The notes beneath the pieces are model-generated. The model did not search any database. It had not been told where the DNA came from and was given only the letters and a program-made list of their open reading frames with translations. From the IMG/VR virus record IMGVR_UViG_3300014202_001519: a stretch of 20,537 nucleotides of DNA. One strand, given 5' to 3'. Made by a program: the position numbers and the translations under genes. The first letter of the stretch is position 1. Every line of letters starts with the position of its first letter. This document shows positions 15,827 to 20,537 of this stretch, piece by piece. This stretch comes from a virus.

Positions 15827-16209
15827 TAGTTTAAATCCTGTGGTTTTGGCTTCTCATCAAAAGGACTTCGCAGCTTATAAGCACCCATACTATAACCCAT
15901 GTTATAAACGGCGGATAGCAAAGTCTTTAAGTTCATCTGGTCAAGCTGAGTAAGCTTGCCCCATGTAGTCATGTTATAAGCCAAGCATAGACCCGTCAAA
16001 GGCAAATTCATCTTTGAGTTAGGGGTTGTGTGCCACTTATAAATTAAGTCCATCGTCCACATCGCCAAATGATGGTCAGAAGGTGGATTAGCTGGGTCGA
16101 ATCCATAAGCCTTATATGCGTCTTCAATTTCTTTTGTAATTTCTGGAGCCTGAGCGATTTGCTCAGGCATATTCTCTAATAGCTTTTTCAATTCGGCAAA
16201 AAAGTCCAT
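15826..16209 (-). CDS. Hypothetical protein
   Basis: 127 aa ORF. Confidence 0.75.
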   Translation of the reverse strand: MDFFAELKKLLENMPEQIAQAPEITKEIEDAYKAYGFDPANPPSDHHLAMWTMDLIYKWHTTPNSKMNLPLTGLCLAYNMTTWGKLTQLDQMNLKTLLSAVYNMGYSMGAYKLRSPFDEKPKPQDLN

Positions 16210-16235
16210 TGTATATACTCTACAGTTAAAGTAAG

Positions 16236-16305
16236 TAGCCCATGAAGGAATCGAACCCTCGCAATCGACTTTAGAAGAGTCAACGCCTGATCCACAGGAT
16301 GGGCC
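16236..16305 (-). tRNA. Atypical compact tRNA-Arg(TCT)-like (70 nt)
   Basis: GGCCCAT CCTG TGGAT CAGG CG TTGACT CT TCT AA AGTCGA TTGC GAGGG TTCGATT CCTTC ATGGGCT A. Confidence 0.75.
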
Positions 16306-16309
16306 ATTA

Positions 16310-16405
16310 GCGGGTGTTTTTTAGATGCTTGCCCGCAAAAGCATCAGTCCCCTGTAAGCCGAGGTCGGCCATGACGCTTCACCTACTATACTACGAATAG
16401 TAGGT
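16310..16405 (-). ncRNA. Structured leader: 9-bp hairpin, small hairpin, H-type pseudoknot
   Basis: ACCTACTAT/ATAGTAGGT; GCCG/CGGC; GATGCTT-TT-GCGGG-C-AAGCATC-TAAAAAACA-CCCGC. Confidence 0.55.
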
Positions 16406-16420
16406 TTGGTAAATACGGAA

Positions 16421-17038
16421 TTATCTCTTCTTAAACAACAAATTTCCCCATTCCGCGCCACCTTCCCTATCCATATCTACCAACTCAAACCCATAGGGTT
16501 GCAAAAAATCAATATATTGTTGTTGAGTCACACAATCCTTATAATACTCAACCCAAATTACCTCTGTGTATATGTATTTAACACCAGAGTTTTTTAAGAA
16601 CCAATCAGCCCCTTGTAAAGCATGAAGCTCAAACCCCTGAACATCCATCGTCAGCAAAGCATAACTATTAAACCCAAACGGCGTCTCCAGCAACAATTTG
16701 TCTACCGTAATCGTATCAACCTGCACCTTACCAACTTCATAAACGCCATTCGGCATCTTTTGACCGCACGATAATAACGAGTTATTATCCGCATGACTGT
16801 ATAAAAGCAAGTCTGCTTTACCGACAGTATCAGAAATTGCTGCCTTGACAACGTGATGACCAATCCCTAATTTGTGATCTAAAATTGGCCATTTATGGGG
16901 ATTCGCTTCGACCCAAACTACGAATTTTGCGCCAATTTGCTCATAAAATCCCAACTCTTCGGCTTCGTGTGCCCCTAAGTGAAGAACGCCGCCATTGAGA
17001 TTATGTATTTCATTTCTAGCAAAGACTTCTCTATTCAC
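16421..17038 (-). CDS. FkbM family SAM-dependent methyltransferase
   Basis: VLHLGAH..EE, VWVEANP, TITVD, MDVQGFELHALQGA, YIYTEV, WGNLLF. Confidence 0.9.
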   Translation of the reverse strand: MNREVFARNEIHNLNGGVLHLGAHEAEELGFYEQIGAKFVVWVEANPHKWPILDHKLGIGHHVVKAAISDTVGKADLLLYSHADNNSLLSCGQKMPNGVYEVGKVQVDTITVDKLLLETPFGFNSYALLTMDVQGFELHALQGADWFLKNSGVKYIYTEVIWVEYYKDCVTQQQYIDFLQPYGFELVDMDREGGAEWGNLLFKKR

Positions 17039-17657
17039 GCTCTCTCCTGTAGTAATTTACGGTGATTTCATTCACCCAGGTAAACTTGCGTCCTTGCTTC
17101 ATCCACGTTTCAACTAATTGCCAATCATCCTCATAATAATCTGTTTTCCAATTTACGCTCTTAATCAACTCAGTCTTATGAATTAGCATATTCGTGTCAA
17201 CCATTGCTTGTCTTGGCAGTCCATCACCGATAACAGACTCTCTTATTCCTGTAGGCCCAAGCACCTGCATCTTGCTATAGACCCAATCAGCTTCATTAGA
17301 CCTAAGTGCTTCTAATAGTATTTTAAGGTGGTTTGGTAGCCAAACGTTGTCGTCGTCAAGATATGCTATGTATTCGCCTGCTGCTATATAGGTTCCTACC
17401 AATCTAGGTGAAGCACCAGGGCTTAATCCACCACTAAAAGACCGCCAATTCCTACCTAAACTAATTAATTTGCAGTTCTGATTTTGTAATAATTCTTCCA
17501 ATTTTGGGTCAGGACCATCTGAAACTACTATATGTTCAAAATCAGTAAATGTTTGTTCGCTGACTGACTCAATTGCTCTTGATAATTCCTTATGCCTTTG
17601 CCATGTGGCAGTAATTACGCTAATCTTTGGCAGGGGACTTTTCTTTAATTTAAGCAC
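17031..17657 (-). CDS. Glycosyltransferase family 2
   Basis: ISVITATWQR..L..AIESV..QTF.DFEHIVVSDG, YIAYLDDDN, EDDW. Confidence 0.92.
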   Translation of the reverse strand: MLKLKKSPLPKISVITATWQRHKELSRAIESVSEQTFTDFEHIVVSDGPDPKLEELLQNQNCKLISLGRNWRSFSGGLSPGASPRLVGTYIAAGEYIAYLDDDNVWLPNHLKILLEALRSNEADWVYSKMQVLGPTGIRESVIGDGLPRQAMVDTNMLIHKTELIKSVNWKTDYYEDDWQLVETWMKQGRKFTWVNEITVNYYRRERE

Positions 17658-17669
17658 AACATATTATAG

Positions 17670-17743
17670 TGGAGCCAGAGAGAATTGAACTCTCAAGCGG
17701 ACTCAGCCTTTCGGTTTAGAATCCACCCATCCATTGTAGCCCC
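17670..17743 (-). ncRNA. Ala-acceptor tRNA-like RNA without D stem or anticodon loop (tmRNA tRNA-like-domain mimic?)
   Basis: GGGGCTA CAATGGATG GGTGGATTC TAAA CC GAAA GG CT GAGTCCGCT T GAGAG TTCAATT CTCTC TGGCTCC A; G3:U70, A73. Confidence 0.7.
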
Positions 17744-17903
17744 ATTCTTCAACGATAGGTTCACGTCTCTTATTGCCGTGCATCCTACCACTCGTACACC
17801 AAGGACAATAACCATGATTTCTACATGAACGATCAAAAGCCTTACTTTTGCGATAAGGTTTCCGTTGATCTTTACGGTTTGGATAGCTGTTGTCAAAAGC
17901 CAT
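17703..17903 (-). CDS. Small conserved phage zinc-binding protein
   Basis: RKPYRKSKAFDRSCRNHGYCPWC motif; ATG 2 nt after tRNA-Arg(CCT); 3' end reads into the tRNA-like RNA. Confidence 0.75.
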   Translation of the reverse strand: MAFDNSYPNRKDQRKPYRKSKAFDRSCRNHGYCPWCTSGRMHGNKRREPIVEEWGYNGWVDSKPKG

Positions 17904-17905
17904 AA

Positions 17906-17977
17906 TAGCCCTACCAGGAATCGAACCTGGACTTTCGGTTTAGGAAACCGATGCGCTGTCCATTACACCATAGGGCC
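17906..17977 (-). tRNA. tRNA-Arg(CCT)
   Basis: GGCCCTA/TAGGGCT, TCGGT-TT CCT AA-ACCGA, TTCGATT. Confidence 0.93.
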
Positions 17978-17984
17978 AAACATC

Positions 17985-18236
17985 TTATTTATTCCGTTGC
18001 TGACAATATTTACAGTTTCCTTTGTGGGTAACTGTAAAACTATTGCCAGTACCAAAAGCAATATACTGGCATCCGTCATATTCAAATTCACGAATCATAT
18101 GACCGCCAATATGCCCCTTCAATTGTAGGGTAGAGTCCGTTGCAACCGTGCGAGTATCTTCGCTGACAACCTTCGTCTCTGTGTTGGCACATCCACAAAG
18201 AAATACCAACAGTATAAAAGAAAATAAGTATTTCAT
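17985..18236 (-). CDS. Putative lipoprotein
   Basis: MKYLFSFILLVFLCGC lipobox; C-terminal FEYDGCQYI..THKGNCKYC. Confidence 0.75.
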   Translation of the reverse strand: MKYLFSFILLVFLCGCANTETKVVSEDTRTVATDSTLQLKGHIGGHMIREFEYDGCQYIAFGTGNSFTVTHKGNCKYCQQRNK

Positions 18237-18541
18237 TCTTTGTTTCTCCATTGCGGAATGCTGGCACGATAACGGTCAGCAATTTCCTTGCCCATCGCCT
18301 CTTCTACTAATTGAATACTGTCGAGTGTCTTGTATAGCTCAAAGCCGCCTTCGCCCTTTGTGTAGACCTCAATCTTCTCATATCGTTGAGATTGAGTCAT
18401 ATCTACAAGTTCTTTCTTCGCCCAATCGACAGCTTCATCAGGGGTGAGAAAGCCGCCCCACTCATTCATCTGGTCGAGTAGGATTCGCTTGCCATTCCAC
18501 TTCGTCGCCACACACTCATTGCCCATCATACCTAATCGCAT
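18233..18541 (-). CDS. Hypothetical protein
   Basis: 102 aa, coupled at both ends. Confidence 0.7.
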   Translation of the reverse strand: MRLGMMGNECVATKWNGKRILLDQMNEWGGFLTPDEAVDWAKKELVDMTQSQRYEKIEVYTKGEGGFELYKTLDSIQLVEEAMGKEIADRYRASIPQWRNKE

Positions 18542-18711
18542 TACTCTTCTTCTTTTTCTAGTAGAATATGATAGAATTTAGTTTTGAAAGCAGCAAGAGC
18601 ATTTTCTATATCTTCATAGTAACTTTCTTGGTCTTCGTAGTAGGTCAGTCTGGCTATTGCTGTCTCTAATTCTGTTAAGGATAGAATTAAATCCTGTTCT
18701 TGCTTTGTCAT
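18541..18711 (-). CDS. Small acidic hypothetical protein (56 aa; not in ORF track)
   Basis: MTKQEQDLILSLTELE...LLEKEEE; ATGA/TAATG coupling. Confidence 0.65.
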   Translation of the reverse strand: MTKQEQDLILSLTELETAIARLTYYEDQESYYEDIENALAAFKTKFYHILLEKEEE

Positions 18712-18845
18712 TGTTCCACTATAACGTCAGGGTTAACACCGTCATATAAAAGCTCATTGAGAAAATCAGGATCAATGCGCATAAAGTCTATAAGCTCACG
18801 CATCGCCTGCATACTTTCATCAAATTGTCTCTGAAAGTCATCCAT
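18708..18845 (-). CDS. Small acidic hypothetical protein (45 aa; not in ORF track)
   Basis: MDDFQRQFDESMQAMRELIDF...VIVEQ fills the gap with overlaps. Confidence 0.55.
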   Translation of the reverse strand: MDDFQRQFDESMQAMRELIDFMRIDPDFLNELLYDGVNPDVIVEQ

Positions 18846-19026
18846 TTTGCTCATCTTCTCTGAGAGCCTCAAGGATGCCAGTCCCACATGGGTCTAATTC
18901 ATCCATTTCTTTAAGCAGTTGCTCTTTCTCAGTTTCTTGTTCTGAAGTAAGTGTGCCCTTAACCTCAGCGTGCATTAAGACCCACAATTTGGACCATATT
19001 TGCTCAAGTTGCGGTCTATTTTCCAT
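18838..19026 (-). CDS. Hypothetical protein
   Basis: Start MENRPQ after GGAG SD; upstream extension is within tRNA-Cys. Confidence 0.65.
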   Translation of the reverse strand: MENRPQLEQIWSKLWVLMHAEVKGTLTSEQETEKEQLLKEMDELDPCGTGILEALREDEQNG

Positions 19027-19039
19027 AATAAACTCCAAG

Positions 19040-19124
19040 AGTCGGCGGTAGGATTCGAACCTACGCGGTGCTTTCGCACATCGGTTTTGCAGACCGACAG
19101 TTTCAACCACTCACTCACGCCGAC
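19040..19124 (-). tRNA. tRNA-Cys(GCA) with long variable arm (85 nt)
   Basis: GTCGGCG TG AGT GAGTGGTTGAA ACT G TCGGT CT GCA AA ACCGA T GTGC GAAA GCAC CGC GTAGG TTCGAAT CCTAC CGCCGAC T. Confidence 0.88.
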
Positions 19125-19183
19125 AAGGTGCAGACTAATGGATTCCTACCACTTAGTTGACCTGTATTATACAACCGTCCGCA

Positions 19184-19570
19184 TCATCCTAAAAGCCAAT
19201 TGCCACCGACTATTCTCTCAAGAAACACCTGACATGACAAGATCAATGTGCAGGCGTGAATCAATTGGTCAAATCCAACAGTTACAAAAAACAAATATAT
19301 TTGTTTCTTCTCGAACAAGTAGCTAGTGATCTTACTGGTTATCGCATCCGTAACATAGTGAGCAATGAGATTAAACGCGATAAACATGATGAATACTGAC
19401 AACGGAACCGCTTGGGGAGTGACGAAGTATAGTCCAGTTGTCAATACTATGCCGTATGTTATTACATGGCACAGCAGGGCAAATTGATTATGACTCTTAT
19501 TGTTGGCCATCCAGCGAATTTGAAATAAAAAATCGCCTACGAAGTGCAACAACAATAAGAAGTATATCAT
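19184..19570 (-). CDS. DUF3307-like membrane protein
   Basis: LLHFVGDFLFQ..WMA.NK...HV..Y...HYVTD...GFDQLIH. Confidence 0.82.
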   Translation of the reverse strand: MIYFLLLLHFVGDFLFQIRWMANNKSHNQFALLCHVITYGIVLTTGLYFVTPQAVPLSVFIMFIAFNLIAHYVTDAITSKITSYLFEKKQIYLFFVTVGFDQLIHACTLILSCQVFLERIVGGNWLLG

Positions 19571-19592
19571 TATCTATACCGAAAATTAGTAG

Positions 19593-19664
19593 TGGTCACT
19601 GCTGGGATCGAACCAGCGACCTCCTGAATGTAAGTCAGGCATTCTACCACTGAACTAAGTGACC
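19593..19664 (-). tRNA. tRNA-Val(TAC)
   Basis: GGTCACT/AGTGACC, CCTGA-CT TAC AT-TCAGG, TTCGATC. Confidence 0.93.
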
Positions 19665-20155
19665 AATCGCAACTGCTTGTTCGTAACCGCTCGCTCTTTC
19701 AAATTCTCCAAAGCGTATTCATCATAAGCCTTTGCCGCTTCTTCTGGAGTGACAAACCACCCAATGGTAATGTTTCTTTTCACGCCACCAGATCGCCTAC
19801 ACATAATTGCTCGATATTTCTTTGGGCTATTCCTCCCACCATGAAAATCGACACCTTTGTATCCTGTCTTGCTTCTTACCTGTGCAGGGCACCTTGCAGA
19901 TGCTATGTTGCATTTCAAATGACTAAACCCAACATTCTTAACTTCAAAATACAAATCTTTTGGCGAATTGCTATGCAACCACGGGATTAGATGCTCAATA
20001 CTAAAATCCTTGAACTCAATCCTCTGAAAACAATGAACACAACCAATCCGATCTAACTCGCAGGCTTGTGAGTAAATAATCTTTTTGAGCAAAATGCCAT
20101 AGGCTTTGCCAGTAGACATTCCCAACTGCGTGCTTTTTTCTTTATTACAACCCAT
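19655..20155 (-). CDS. HNH endonuclease with C-terminal AP2 DNA-binding domain
   Basis: CVHC..SIEHLIPW...NVGFSHLKCN (HNH) then SKTGYKGV..YRA..IGWF.TPEEAAKAYD (AP2); start re-assigned to MGCNKE. Confidence 0.88.
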   Translation of the reverse strand: MGCNKEKSTQLGMSTGKAYGILLKKIIYSQACELDRIGCVHCFQRIEFKDFSIEHLIPWLHSNSPKDLYFEVKNVGFSHLKCNIASARCPAQVRSKTGYKGVDFHGGRNSPKKYRAIMCRRSGGVKRNITIGWFVTPEEAAKAYDEYALENLKERAVTNKQLRLVT

Positions 20156-20182
20156 ACTTACCCCTGCAATACAAGAGTAAGT
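20156..20182 (-). promoter_or_regulatory. Hairpin sequestering the RBS of the HNH-AP2 gene
   Basis: Minus: ACTTACTCTTG-TATTG-CAGGGGTAAGT immediately followed by ATG. Confidence 0.6.
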
Positions 20183-20212
20183 GAGCAGTATTTTCAAACA
20201 ATTATTGTCCAG

Positions 20213-20283
20213 TGGAGGATACGGGAATCGAACCCGTATTTCTAGCTTGCAAAGCTAGCACACTCCCGTTGTGTTAATCCCCC
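20213..20283 (-). tRNA. tRNA-Ala(TGC)
   Basis: GGGGGAT/ATCCTCC with G3:U70, CTAGC-TT TGC AA-GCTAG. Confidence 0.93.
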
Positions 20284-20477
20284 ATTGCCATTCTTCGAAT
20301 CTTTATTACTCTTCCGCCTTCTTTTAATATAGTATGAATGATATGTCTTCTGGCGGTTTCATCCAAAGAGTCATCATGGGATGATACCATATCATTGTAG
20401 TTCACGTCAACCTCGGCTCCAAGAAGATCGCCCTCAGAAGATTCATAGTCCACAAAATAACTTAAAATTGTCCCCAC
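20274..20477 (-). CDS. Hypothetical protein
   Basis: Likely GTG start 2 nt after tRNA-Arg(TCG); stop inside tRNA-Ala. Confidence 0.55.
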   Translation of the reverse strand: MGTILSYFVDYESSEGDLLGAEVDVNYNDMVSSHDDSLDETARRHIIHTILKEGGRVIKIRRMAMGD

Positions 20478-20479
20478 AG

Positions 20480-20537
20480 TAGCCCGTAAAGGAATCGAAC
20501 CTTTACCTTCAGTTTCGAAGACTGATGCGCTATCCAT
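20480..20537 (-). tRNA. tRNA-Arg(TCG), 5' end outside window
   Basis: ..TGGATA GCGC A TCAGT-CT TCG AA-ACTGA AGGT AAAGG TTCGATT CCTTT ACGGGCT A. Confidence 0.88.

Noticed and set aside
16236-16305. tRNA-Pyl call
   Set aside because: The 7-nt loop centres on UCU, not CUA; it retains D-loop GG and the TTC T loop, and no pyl genes are in the window.
16310-16380. Self-cleaving ribozyme (hammerhead, pistol, HDV-like theta)
   Set aside because: CTGATG lacks the CUGAnGA/GAAA core, pistol P2/P3 are absent, and theta ribozymes lie 3' of tRNAs with a nested double pseudoknot not seen here.
17695-17727. Amber suppressor reading (UU-CUA-AA loop with a 13-nt insertion/intron) of the tRNA-like RNA, implying TAG recoding
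   Set aside because: No D stem and no bulge-helix-bulge motif; UUC pairs with GAG in the simpler fold. TAG acts as a normal stop at tightly packed gene ends (7640, 9484, 14501, 19655).
12911-20537. ORF-track N-terminal extensions at 12937, 15428, 19110 and 20537
   Set aside because: They translate tRNA sequence (e.g. GSIP = T loop); true starts lie after the tRNA 3' ends.
1-20537. CRISPR array, integrase/att site, rRNA
   Set aside because: No regularly spaced direct repeats, recombinase gene or rRNA-like sequence; the recurring GGxxTCGAACC motifs are tRNA T arms.

Overview
This window looks like part of a large (jumbo-type) bacteriophage genome in the standard genetic code; the host cannot be assigned from the sequence. 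It is almost entirely minus-strand: a dispersed tRNA array interleaved with about 50 mostly small ORFs. I folded 15 tRNA genes by hand (Gly, 3x Thr, 2x Val, 2x Ala, Glu, Ile, 4x Arg, Cys; the last Arg is truncated), and none encodes CCA. Recognisable proteins are methionine aminopeptidase (map), NADAR (one complete, one probable partial), two HNH endonucleases (one HNH-AP2), a GT2 glycosyltransferase, a FkbM methyltransferase, and DUF5672-, DUF3307-, DUF2784- and YunG-like proteins. The most unusual content is RNA: (1) a ~270-nt non-coding element of five tandem, sequence-divergent H-type pseudoknots sharing a UAAA linker, plus a sixth pseudoknot elsewhere; (2) a 90-nt tRNA-Ile carrying two Ile anticodon-like loops (UAU and GAU); (3) a 74-nt Ala-acceptor RNA resembling only the tRNA-like domain of tmRNA; (4) a long-variable-arm tRNA-Cys and a compact atypical tRNA-Arg; (5) a mitochondria-like 'tRNA punctuation' layout with a near-invariant CU trailer. 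All structures were derived by eye and need computational confirmation.
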